Shown here piece after piece: positions 36,022 to 49,500 of a stretch of DNA of 64,000 nt (positions within the stretch are counted from its first letter, which is position 1; each line of letters begins with the position of its first letter). The translations under genes were made by a program, and so were the position numbers. Origin of the DNA: Chiloscyllium plagiosum (Eukaryota); the NCBI RefSeq assembly GCF_004010195.1, contig NC_057755.1, positions 2,581,246 to 2,645,245 on the forward strand. The letters run 5' to 3'. A model generated the notes under the pieces. That model was not told where the DNA came from, did not search any database, and saw nothing but the letters and a program-made list of their open reading frames with translations.

Positions 36022-39000
36022 AACTCTAAATGCCTTTTTCATAACCTCTGGAGCATTAATTCCCATTGCCCGTCCAACCTCAGTCAATTCAAGAAGAAGA
36101 ATTTTAGATTAAAATTTCAAACCTCACTATCTTCTGCCTGATCACCTCCCTGATGGTCTTTTCACAGCGTTGTGTTGTGTAAAGTGAATCTGCTTTGATC
36201 CTCTCTCTGATCACACTCACTCCCAGACAGATCAGCCTGAGACACAGTCAGTGCAGTGACCTTGCCTTCCCTGGACTTCCTCATGCAGCCTCATGCCTCA
36301 GACAAAGCCAGGTTACAAACCAACTGTGATGTCAGGTATCTCTCTGTGATGTAAACGGTGAGGTCACACTGACACTGTGAGGTCACACTTTGACCTGTCC
36401 AGCACAAGGGACCTGACTGCGACCAAACAGAGGGATACTGAAACACTCACTGTTATCAGGTTACAATATGTTCACATTCCAGAATGTACAAAGTCCTTCC
36501 AGACGTAGACACTGTGGGGTATAGTCAATATACAGTATTGGGATTATCATCACCTTTTATGCCTTCTTTTACTAAAAGCATAATTAGCCTTTTGCTCTGG
36601 GTAAATCGGTGACATCTGCACAACAGCGAGAGGTGCGTGGAATGGCAGCAGCCTCCTGACAGTCTGAGGTGGTGTGTGTAACTCCTCTTCAGACCTGCAG
36701 GCTGACCAAGAGTCCAGGCCATGGCTGGGCCCGTGTGCCTGTATTGGTAGTTCCAAACACACTTTAATGTCTGGATGTTTTGCTTGCCTTTTGGCTTTAT
36801 GTTATTTCTGCTGTTTAATTATGGTTTTGTAACCAAGGTTGTACCAGAGAATGGAGATTTTGTATATTTTTCAACGTACTCATGTATTCCTACTCTTCAA
36901 GACACTTGACATTAAAGTCTAATTCTGGATCTAATTCTAGCACTAAACCTCCAGGGAGTCAATTGTGTCAACTAAGTACTTACATTATTGATAGTCATTT
37001 AACAAATATACTTAGTTTGTTTTATAGGCTTCACATTGAAAGGAAGAGTTGGCAATGACTTTAGATAATTCAGTAAGACAATATTTACAACTGGAAGCTG
37101 AGATTTTGAAATACTGACAGCGAGCCTATCTCCACAGGTGATGGGAACTATTCTCAGACAGATATCCCTGAACCAGTTCTTGAACAAGATCTCGTTCCCT
37201 ATCTCCTTCAAATCAGTACTTTTGTTATCACAGAATCCCCACAGTGTGGAAACAGAGCATTTGGCCCAATAAGTCGACACCATACTTGAAAAGAGTAACC
37301 CAACCAGATCCATTCCCCTCTTCTCTTACTCTATATTTACCTCTGACTAATGCCTCAAAGCGGCACATCGTTGGATTGTGGGAGGAAACCCGAGCACGCG
37401 GAGGAAGCTCATGCAGACACTGGGAGAAAGTGCAAACTCCACATGCACAGTTGCCTGAGACGGGAATCAAACCGAGGGCCCTGGAACTGAGGCAGCAGCA
37501 CTAATCACTATACCACTATATCCTTACACTAACAGAAAGCAAACATTGCCGGTTTGAATGTAGAACTGCTCACTCTAGCAGGTACTGTACTCTCCTGATA
37601 CTTGTGTTACCTACCAGTTACATCAGAGATAACAATACTCTTATCATCCAACTGCAGCTTCAGTTCTGGTTACAGAACACGCTCTCATTGCAATGACAGT
37701 CAGAGATTTGCTGCACTGTTGGAACAGGCATTATGTTTAATTCCTCTCAAGCACAAACACTGACCAATCTTAGATCACGAGAACTATATTTACATCTGAG
37801 ACATAAGGATTCTATGCCAGCCTAAGAGGTTTAGTTAGTAAGTTTGCAGATGACACCAAAATTGGAGGTGCAGTGGATAGCGACGAAAGTTACCTCAGGT
37901 TGCAACAGTATCTTGTTCAGATGTGCCAGTGGGCTGAGAAGTGGCACATGGAGTTTAATTTAGATAAGTCGTAGGGATGTTGCTGAACAAAGTGATCTTG
38001 GACTGTAGGTTCATAGTTCCTTGAATGTGGAGTCACAAGTAAATAGGATAGTGAAGAAGGCGTTTGGTATGCTTTCCTTTATGGGTCAGAGTGTTGAGTA
38101 TAGCAGTTGGGAAGTTATGTTCCGGCTGTACAGGACATTGGTTAGGCCACTGTTGGAATATTGCGTGCAACTCTGGTCTCCTTCCTATCGGAAAGATGTT
38201 GTGAAACTTGAAAGAGTTCAGAAAAGATTTACAAGGAAGTTGCCAGAGAATTCGAGCTATCGGAAGAGACTGAACAGGCTGGGGCTGTTTTCCATGGATC
38301 ATTGGAGGCTGAGGGGTGACCTTATAGATGTTTATAAAATTATGAGGGACATGTATAGGATAAATAGGCAAAGTCTTTTTTTCCCTGTAGTGGGTTAGTC
38401 TAGAACTAGAGGGCAGATGTTTAGGGTGAGAGGGGAAGGATATAAAAGAGAACTAAGGGGCAACTGTTTCACTCAGAGGGTGGTACATATATGGAATGAG
38501 CTGCCAGAGGAAGTGGTGGAAGCGAGTACAATTGCAACATTTAAAAGACATCTGGATGGGTACATGGATAGGAAGGGTTTGGAGGGATATGGGCCAGGTG
38601 CTGGCAGGTGGGACTAGATTTGGTTGGGATATCTGGTTGGCATGAACGAGTTGGACCGAAGAGTCATTTCCGTGCTGTGCATCTCTATGACACTATGACT
38701 CTATAACAGGAAAACCGACAGCGCAAAAGATACCTCTACAAGCAATCCGTCCAGCAGAGTCGGAGAATTTGAACAATAGGGAGAGGCCGAATAGACTGTG
38801 GTTATCTTGCCTGGAGTGTCGGAGGCTGAGGGGTGACCTTATGGAGGTGTTTAGAATCATGAGAGACATGGATAGGATACATGGACAAAGTCTTTTCTCT
38901 GGCGTTGGAGTGTCCAGAACTCGAGGGCATAGGTTTAGGGTGAGAGGGGAATGATATAAACGGGACCTGAGGGGCAAGGTTTTCATGCAGATTGTGGTAC

Positions 39001-42000
39001 ATGTATGGAATGAGCTGCTAGAGGCAGAGGTGGAGGCTGGTACAATTACGGCATTTAAATATATTTGAATGGGTATATGAAAAGGAAGGATTCAGTGGGA
39101 TATGGGCTAAGTGCTGGCAAATGGGACTAGATTGGGTTGGGAATTCTGGTCGGCATGGACGAGTTGGACCGAAGGGTTTGTTTCACTGCTGTACATTTCG
39201 ATGACTGTATGACTCTATAACAGGAAAACTGACAGCGCAAATGTTATCTCGACAGCAACCAGCAGAGAGTTCACAGATGGAGAAAAAAACTGTACTAGTT
39301 GAGCAACAACAATGACAACTACATGGACCCTTCCAATCTGCACCAGAATATACACTCAGAATCAATAAACTAACTGAAGACAAACAGCATGCGTTCAGAA
39401 AAATTGTACGCTTACTAACAAAGTAAAAGTTAAAAATCAAGCAACACCACCTTAAAATCCACCAGGTTTATTTGGAAGCACAAGCTTTCGAGCACTGGTC
39501 CTTTGTGGTTGCATGTGTGTTTGTGCTTTGTAGAGTGTGTGCATGAGTTTGACGTACATGGTACATTAGCAAGACCAAGCAGATGCTACGACAATGGATA
39601 AATGGACACCGCACAACAATCGCCAGACAGGGATATTCCCTCCAGTCAGAGAGCACTTCAGTGTTCAGGGACATTTGGTCTCAGAACTTCGGGTGACCAT
39701 CCTCCAAGGTGGACTCCGGGATTTGCAACAATGCAGAGAGGCAGATATCCAAGGTCGGTTATCATGAGGATAGACTAAACTGGGACCTTGCGTTCATGTC
39801 ACACTATAAGTGACCCACTGCACTGTACACTCTCTCACACATGCACACACACACGCACGCTCACACAGACTCTCTCTCATACAAATGCTGTCTCTCAGAC
39901 ACACAGACACCCCTCATGCTTACAACCAGGCATACACACCGCCACACGCGTCTACTCCATCACACTCACACACCCACTCGACCAACCACACACACACCCA
40001 AACACAAAGGAGCAGCGCTCCGAAAGCTAGTGCTTCTAAATAAACCTGTTGGACAATAACCGGGTGTTTTGCGATTTTTAACTTGGTCCATGCCAGTCTA
40101 ACACCAGCATCTCCACCACATAACAAAGAAAACATAAACGAACAAGCACTGCCAAGAATACTGCATTTAACCTTGTATTCTGTATTCAAATTCGAGCTTC
40201 CAAAAAATAATTCAACCTGCAAAAGTGTGAAGTTACTCATCCGCTACTGACCAGCTAATTTCTGCATCCAGTCAATGTCCCGTTGCAATCTACAGCAGCC
40301 TTCCATACTAATCACCAATCTACCAAACTTCGTGTCATTGGTAAACTTAACGACACTCCCTTCTACTTCCTCATCCAAGTCATTTGTAATAATAACAAAG
40401 AGCAGATGTCCCAGAACAGATCCCTATAAAACACCACTGGTCACCGAGCTCCTTCTGAATACTTCCCACCTAATAACACCCTCTGTATCCTATGCACAAG
40501 CCAATTCTGTGTCCAGACAGCCAGACTTCCCTGTATCCCATGCCTACATACTTTCTGAATGAGCCTACCATAAGGAACGTTCTCAAACATCTTGCTAAAA
40601 TCCATGTACACCACATTCACTGCTGTGTTTTTATTAATGTATTTTGTTACATCCTCAAAGAATTCAATAAGATTTGTGATGCATGACCTGCCCCTGGCAA
40701 AGCCATGCTGACTACCTCTAATCAAATTATGGTTTTCCAACTAATCATAAATTCTGACTCAGAATTCTCTCCAATAGTTTGCCCTTCACAGACGGAAGAC
40801 TGACTGGTCTGTAATTCCCAGGATTATCCCTAATCCCCCATCTTGAACCAGGACATTACATGTACACCCTCCTTTCATCTGGCATTACTCAAGTGGACAG
40901 TGAGGATGCAAAGATGCAGCAATATCTTCCCACACTTCCTGTAGTACTCTTGGGTAGATTCCATCTGGTTCAGGGGAGTTATCTATCCTTACACTTTTCG
41001 AAGTTTTCAGCACATTTACCTTCTTCACATGAACCTGTTTGAGCTTACTAGCGTGTTCCACGCTGTTTTCACAAACATCAATGTCCCTCTCATTCGTGAA
41101 TACTGAATGATCATATTTATTAAGGACTTCCAATAATCTTTGACTTCAGTCGCAAGTTCTTTACACTATCTCTGATCAGCCCTACCCTCACTCTGGCCAT
41201 CCATTTGGTCTTCACAAAAGTGTTCCACACACTTTTAATGGTAATGTGCTCGGGAGTGTTGCTGAACAAAGAGACCTTGGAGTGCAGGTTCATAGCTCCT
41301 TGAAAGTAGAATCGCAGGGAGATAGGATAGTGAAGAAGGCATTTGGTATGCTTCTTTTATTGGTCAGAATATTGTGTGTAGGAGTTGGGAGGACATGTTG
41401 CACACGTACAGGACATTGGTTAGGCCACCTTTGGAAGATAGACTGTTGTTCTGGTCTCCCTCCTTTCAGTAGGATATTGTGAAATGTGAAAGAGTTCAGA
41501 AAGCATTTACAAGGATATTACCAGGGTTGGAGGATGTGAGCAATAGGGAGAGGCTGAATAGACTGTGGTTGTTTCCCCTGGCGTGTCAGAGGCTGAGGGG
41601 TGACCTTATGGAAGTTTGTAAAATCATGCGATGCATGGATAGGGTAAATAGACAAAGTCTTTTCTCCGGGGTGCGAGAATCCAGAACTAGAGGGCATAGG
41701 TTTAGGATGAGAGGGGCAAGAGATAAAAGGGAGCTGAGGGGCAAGGTTTTCATGCAGAGGGTGATACGTAAATGGAAAGTTCTGCCAGAGAAAGGGGTGG
41801 AGGCTGGTACAATTACAGCATTTAAAGATATTTGAATGGGTATATGAAAGGAAAGATTCAGTGGGATATGGACTAAGTGCTAGCAAATGGAATTGGATTG
41901 CGTTAGGATATCTGGTCAGCATGGACAAGTTGGACCGAAGGGCCCATCTCTCTGACTTTATGTTATCTCCCACTAGAGTTTTCCTTCAGCTTACCTGCTT

Positions 42001-44919
42001 CCGCTTATTCAGACCCCCTTGTAGTTCTCCTAAGTCCATTCTTCAGTGTTTTCCTGGTTACCTAGTAACCTTTTCCTGCCCTGTCTAATCCTTGTGTCCT
42101 GACTCTTCTTCATCTTTATGAAGTGTTCCAAATCTTTTGACACCTAAGGTTCCTTCTCCCTATCATTCCCTTCCCTGCCTCAGTGGGACAAACCTATCCA
42201 AGACCATAAGCAAATGCTCCCTATACCACTTCCACATATCCATCCCGCATTTCCCTCGAGAACATCTGTTCCCACTTTAGGCCCCCGTGTTCCTGCCGAG
42301 TAGCATTGTCATTTCCCCTCCCCAACTGAACATTTTTCCATACCGTGTGCTCCTATCCCTCCACATGACTACAGCAGAAGTAATGAAAGAACAGGGAGAT
42401 CTTGGGGACATGTCCATAGATCCCTCGTAGTTGTCACCCAGGCTGATAGGTTTGTTAAGAAGGCGTTAGACTGTTTGGCTTTGATTAGCAGGGATATTGT
42501 GTTTAAGAGCTGCAAGGTTATGCTACAGCTCTAACGAGCCCTGGTTACAGCACACTTGGAATATTGTGTTCACTTCTGGTCGCCTCATTCGAGGAAGGAT
42601 GTGGGAGCTTTAGAGATGGTGCAAAGGAGATTTAGCAGGAAGCTGTCTGGACTGGAGGGCATGTCTAATGAAGAAAGTTTGAGGAGCTGGCGCTCTTCTC
42701 ATTGGAGCGAAGGACGCTAAGAGGTGATGGAGGTGTACAAGATGATGAGAGGCACCGATGGAGTGAACAATCGCAGACATTTTCCTGGGGCAGAAATGGC
42801 TATCTCAAGCTGGTCTATTTTTTTTTTCTGGAGGTTCGGTATTGTCGCTTTGGTGAAGGTTTTGACAATTCAGGTAACGAGTTCCGTACGTCGAATGAGA
42901 GCATTGCTTTGTCTATGTTTAAGTTTCTTTTGCTGTTTTGGAATTCCTTTGATAGTAGGTCAGCAGAGTGGCATAGTGGTTAACACTGCTGCCTCACATC
43001 ACTAGAAACCCAGGTTCAATTCCCGCTTCCAGCCACTGTCTGTGTGGAGTATGCACATTCTCCCCGTGTTTGCGTGGGTTTCCTGTGGGCGCTCTGGCTT
43101 TCTCCCACAGTCCAAAAATGTGCATGTTAGGTGAATTGCCCGTAGTGTTAGGTGAAGGGGTAATTGTAGGGCAATGGGTCTGGTGGGTTACTCTTTGGAG
43201 GGTCAGTGTGAACTTGGTGGGCCGAACGGCCTGTTTCCACACTGTAAGTAATCTCATCATCATCATTGGAATAAGTGTTGGGATCCGCTGGTAAGATATT
43301 TAAGCTTTGTTCAAATTCTTTTGTACGTTTATGTGACACAGTTCCTAGATTGCCACAATAGGTCTCAGTGGTATATGTGTTTTGTAAACCTTAGATAATC
43401 GGAAAATGAAAGGGTGTTGGAGCCTTCAGGTTACATCTTCTATCAATCTGTTTTGGTTATAAGTCCGTTTTTGCATAAGTTCCATAGTGTAATGTTTTTT
43501 CCATTGGCTGGGTGTGGCGTGGGTCGCAGTCTCTCTGTTGGTAGTGTCAGTATCTGCATGTAGTTTCTGTACTTTTTGAACATGTTCTGTGTTGTTCATG
43601 AATACTGTCATTCTGCCTTTATCTGCCAGTGCAATGATTGTGTTCCTGTGCGTTTTGCATGCTTTTAGGCCTTCACTCTCTTTTGTGTTAAGGTTGTTAT
43701 GTATAGAGAAACACAGCACAGTATAGGCTCCTCGACCCTCGATGTTGTGTCGACCTTTTATCCTATTCTAAAATTAAACTAAACTACGTACCCGACACAT
43801 TACTCTCATTCATGTGCCTAGCCAGGAGTTTCCTAAAATGTACCTAATGTATCTGACTCTACTATCACCGCTGGCAGTGCATTCCACACACCCACCACTC
43901 TGTGTAAAAGTCCTACCCCTGTAATTTTCCCGAAAACTTCATCCAATATGTAATGGTCTCTGTTACCTCATGAATATAACATTTTAATGCACTAAAATCC
44001 AGGGATACACTCAGATCCTCCTTCCGTATATGCTTTTTGATACAATTGCTTTCGTTTTTAATCTTTCTGTTGTAACTCAGTTAATTTCTCTGAGCTAAAG
44101 ATATCTACGTTGTCCTCCATTGCTTCCTGTTTTGTCTCAAACATTTGATTAGCTATCATCTCTGATAATTCTACTTCAACCTTCTTACCTGTATTCTTTG
44201 ATTTCTCCTGTTTCAACTGGTGACTTTGTGACCTCGTTAGAACATAGTGAAGAAAATTCCCAGGATGTGCTTTTGTAGGACTTCAGTTCCATTGGCGTTC
44301 TAACCACAGGAGGCAGTACTCATACTTTGACCCAATGACATTGTTAGCAAGGGCAAATTGTATTTCTGGAACTGAGTGTTTGACAGTAATCCTACCAGCA
44401 CCTCTCCATTTTTCACTGGACACTCTAACCTCACTCTACATAACTGAGCACTTCTTGTCTCACCGTGAATTCCACGTACTAGCACTTTGTCTGGCAATGT
44501 TCCTTCTGATTTGCATATCTCCTGATCCCTAAACATCATGTTTGACATGATTCTGTATCCTATAATACTATCACCTCTTTAACAACTGCACCTGGCCTGT
44601 GCAAGTAATCTTCACCTGCGAACGTAAATAGATTAAAAAGATCTTGCACTTCCACATTAATCAACCAACAAGCAGTTTGTAAGTTCTGGTGCAGCCTCTC
44701 ATCCATCCTTGTGCTTTGCTTTACCACTCAAATGAAATTCCCTGGCTTATCCCATTTGCCTGCATCCATTCTTCCCAGTGCTTTTCCTCACCCACCAACA
44801 CTGTAATTTCATGTGGCCTTTATGGCAGGGAAAACTCTGGAGGTTTTTAACTTCCCTTTCACCTTAATGGGTTTCCTTTTTACCCTGTGGGAAAGTGTAG
44901 ATATTATGGTCATATCTTG

Positions 44920-46184
44920 GGGACAGCCCATATCACAGTAGAGGAGGTGTTGGATATATTAAGGTGTATGAGGGTGAATAAATCACCTGCTCCTGAACAG
45001 ATGTAGGCAAGAACACTGCAAGAGGCTGGAGGAGAAATTCAATGGGCCTTGGCTGTTTTGTGTGTTTCAGCATTTGCTAGGGATGAGGTCACATAAGATC
45101 GGAGAGTAAGGAATGTTGTGCCCTTATTCAAGAAAGGCTGCAAAAATAAAAACTGAGAGATACAGACCAATATGCCGACCATCTGAAGTAGGTAAGTTAC
45201 TTGGAATTATTCTGAGAAATAAGATATGCAAACACGTGGAAAGGTAGTGTTTCATTAAAAATATTCAGCATGGCTTTGGACATGGGCAATCATGCCTCAC
45301 ACATTTGTGAGAGTTCTTTGATGAAATTTACAGGAAGACTAATAAGGGCAGGGTAATAGACGTAGTCTATATGGATTTCTGCAAAGCCTTTGATAAGGTT
45401 CCGCATGGTAGGCTATTCTGGAAGGTCAGCTCGTATTGAATCCATGGGGACCTGGCAAATTAGATACACCATAGGCTTGATGGTAGGAAGCAGAGGGTAA
45501 TAGTGAAAGAATGCTTGTCAGACTGGAGGCCTGTGACTAGTGTAATGCCTCAGAGATCGGTGCTGGACCCATTGTCGTCAGTTATCTATATACATTATTT
45601 AAATAGAAATGTACAAGGCATGATTACTAAGTTTCCGGATGATGTTAAAATAGGCAGTATCATGAACAGCGAGGAAGGTTGCCAGAAATTGCAGCAGGAT
45701 CTTGATCAGCTGGTAAAGTGGTCTGACAAATGGCAAATGGAATTTAATAAGGAGTGCAATGGAACAGAAAGACAAGGGAGTTCAGGTGCACGGTTCTTGG
45801 AAAGTGGAGTCACGGGTACACAGGGCGGTGAAGAAAGTTTTAGGCACACTGGTCTCCATCAGTCAGGGCATTGGTCGGGGACTGTGTTTGAAGCCATGAG
45901 GTCATGTTGCAGCTGTGCAAAATTCTGGTGCAGCCGCACTTGCAGTATTATGTACTGTTCTGGTTACCACAGTAGTGCAACCAGAAAGGATATGGAAGCG
46001 TTGGAAAGTGTCCAGAGGAGATTGACAAGGATGTGGCCTGGTACGGAGGGGAGGTCTTATGAAGAAAGGCTGGGGGACTTGAAGCTGTTTTCGTTAAAGA
46101 CAGGAAGAGTTGACTTAGTAGAGACATACATGATGATCAGAGGATTATTTAAGGTGAACTAAGTGTTTCCTGGGGGTGGAAGAA
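44920..46184 (+). mobile_element. CR1 LINE RT fragment (the corresponding position in copy A is a gap)
   Basis: YMDFCKAFDKVPHGRL, WRPVTS.MPQRSVLDPL, KFPDDVKIG. Confidence 0.88.
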
Positions 46185-46513
46185 NNNNNNNNNNNNNNNN
46201 NNNNNNNNNNNNNNNNNNNNNNNNNNNNNNNNNNNNNNNNNNNNNNNNNNNNNNNNNNNNNNNNNNNNNNNNNNNNNNNNNNNNNNNNNNNNNNNNNNNN
46301 NNNNNNNNNNNNNNNNNNNNNNNNNNNNNNNNNNNNNNNNNNNNNNNNNNNNNNNNNNNNNNNNNNNNNNNNNNNNNNNNNNNNNNNNNNNNNNNNNNNN
46401 NNNNNNNNNNNNNNNNNNNNNNNNNNNNNNNNNNNNNNNNNNNNNNNNNNNNNNNNNNNNNNNNNNNNNNNNNNNNNNNNNNNNNNNNNNNNNNNNNNNN
46501 NNNNNNNNNNNNN
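46185..46513. other. Assembly gap (329 N)
   Basis: Run of N. Confidence 1.
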
Positions 46514-49500
46514 AGAGACTGTGAGAGAGAGAGAGAGAGTGAAAAAAGAAAGATAGAAAGAGAGAAAAAAAGAGAGAGGGAGAGAGAGGGGGAGAAAAAT
46601 AGAGAGAAAAGAGAGAGGGGACAGAGACAGAAGAACATGAAGAGTTTGAACTTACGAAATTGCCGATTAGTGGAAAGTTATCTTTAAAGAATGGAGGTGA
46701 AGATGAAAGGTAAGTTTAGTGGGGAAGACAATGAGAGTGGGGAAGATAATGAGAGTGGGGAAGATACTGAGAATGGGGAAGACAATGAGAGTGGGGAAGA
46801 CAATGAAAGTGGGGAAGATAACGAGAGTGCGGAAGACAATGAGAGTGGGGAAGATAATGAGAGTGGGGAAGACAATGAAAGTGGGGAAGACTTTGAGAGT
46901 GGGAAGATAATGAGAGTGAGGAAGATAGAGAGGGTGAGCAAACCCATCGGAGCAGAATGCTGTTTGGGGATATGTTTAAATCTATCCAAGCATTGCTTAC
47001 ATTTGATGAGAATGATGTAGAAGTATTTTTCATCTCATTTGAAAAGGGTGACTAAACCAGTCAAGTGGCCAGCTGCCATGTGGGTTTTGTTGATTCAAAA
47101 AATCTATTGGTTAGAGCATTTGAAGTATTTGTATCACGATCAGAGGAGGTCTCTGGGGAATATGAGGTGGTGAAGAAAACCATGTTAAGTGCATATGAAC
47201 TCGTGCCAGAAGCCTACAGACAATGTTTCAGGAATCTAAGGAAGGGACCCTGATCAAATATGCATTGAGTTTGGAATGAGAATTCATGTGGAAGAGCAGA
47301 GAGTTCAAAGCCACGATTAGCAGCTAAAATGGCTGACAGTTATGCATTGGTTCATAAATCAAAAGATTGGCTTCCAAAATCAATTTCAATCCATGAGGGA
47401 TAGAAACTGGGGAAAAGAGAAATCCTCACGTGGTAACGAAAAAGTAGATCTCAGTGAAGGTAGAGTCATGGACTCACAGGGTCAGAGAGTCCAACAGCAC
47501 TGAGACAAGCCTGTGGACCGAAATTGGTCCATGCTAACCAAAATGTCCATCAATGCTCACCCCACTTCACTGCAATTGGCTCATATCCTTCTTAGATCTT
47601 TCCTATTCATGGATTTGTTCAAAAGCCTTTTAAATATTGTTACTTTACATACCTCAAGAACCTCCACTGGAAAATCATTCCATGTGCACACCTCACTCTA
47701 TGTAAGAAAGCTGTCCCTCAGGTTCCCTTTTATTCTTTCCCATCTGAACATAAGCTGATACACCCTAGTCAGCAAATGCCCAATCCTGGTAAAAAGTCTG
47801 AATGCATTCACCCTATCCATGCCTCTCATGATTTTATGCACTTTTCCAAGAGCCCCCCCCCCTCAGTATCCTTCACTCTAAAGAAACAATCCTAGCTTTT
47901 CCAAACACATTCTGAAAGTCAGACCATTGAGACCTGGAAATATCCTTGTAATTTTTTTCTGCACTCTTCCGATAGCAAGTTTACTGGAACTGAACACAAT
48001 ACTCCAATTGCGGCTTCAATGGCAGAAACGAAAACTGCAACATACCTTCCCAACTTCTGTGTGTAATAAAACAGTACAGGCCCTTCGGCCCTCAATGCTG
48101 CGCGAGCCTGTGAAACCAACCTGAAGCCCACCTCACCTACAGTATTCCATTTTCATCCTATTTTTATCCAATGACCACTTAAATACCCTTAAATTTGGTA
48201 AGTCTACTACTGCTGCTCTAGTGCTTTCCAAGCCCCTATTACTCACTGAATAAAGAACCTACCACTGTCATCTGTCCTATGCCGATCACCCTTCAATATA
48301 AAGCTATGCCCCTACGTGCTAGACATCACCATCTGAAGAAAAAGGCTTTCACTGTCTACAATATCTAACCCTTTGATTATCTTATATGTCTCAATTAGGT
48401 CACCGCTTAACATTCTTCTCTCGAACGAAAAGAGTCTCAACTCCCTCAGCCTTTCCTCATAAGACTTTCTCTCCATACCAGGCAAAATCCTCATAAATGT
48501 CCACTGCACCTTTTCCAATCATTCCACATTCTTCCTATAATGCGGACACCAGAACTGTACTCCAAGCACGGCCGAACCAGAGTGTTGTACAGTAGCAACA
48601 TGACCTCGTGGTTCCAAACTCAAACCCTCTACTCATAACAGCTAACACACCGTACGCCTTCTTAATAACCCTATCAACCTGGGTGGCAACTTTCACGGAT
48701 CCATGCACCTGGACAGTGAGATCTCTCGGCTCATCCAAACAACCGTGAATCTTACCGATAGCCCAGTACTGTGTATTCCTGTTACTCCGTTCAAAGTGAG
48801 TCATCTCAAACTTTTTCACATTCAACTTCATTTTCCACCTCTCAGCCCAGCTCCGCAGCTTTCTTATGTTCCTCTATGACCTGCAACATCCTTTATTATT
48901 GTCCACAACTCCACCAAATGTAATGTCATCTGCAAATTTTCGAACCCATCCTTCTATACCCTCATCCAGATCATTTGTTAAATAAGAAACAACATGGACC
49001 CAAACAGATTGTTGAGGTTCATCACTAGCACCTGAACTCTAGCATGAACATTTCCCATCAAACACCACCCTCTTGCCTTCTTTCGGCTAGCCAATTTCTG
49101 AAACAAATCATTAAATCACTATCAATCCTGTGCCTCTGTATTTTGTGTAATAGCCTACCGTGGGGAACCCTATCAAATGTCTTACTGAAAACCATGCATG
49201 CCACACCAACCACTTTACCCTCATCCACCTGTTTGGGCACCTTCTCAAAGATGTCTAAGGTTTGTGAGGTACGATCTACCTTCACGCAGCTGAGTTGACA
49301 ATCCCTAAGCAATTTTTTCCTTTCTAGATGATTATAAATCCTCCCTCTTATAATCCTTTCCAACACTTTACCCACAGCAGATGTAAGGCTCGCTGATGTC
49401 TCATTGATTTGGAGATGCTGGTGTTGGACTGGGGTGCACAAAGTTAAAAATCACATCACCAGGTTCTAGTCTAATAGGTTTATTTGAAAGACCTAGCTTT

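Noticed and set aside
45503..46162. 219-aa RT-like ORF as an active retroelement gene
   Set aside because: Catalytic motif degenerate (FPDD), internal deletion and frame changes; a dead CR1 fragment.
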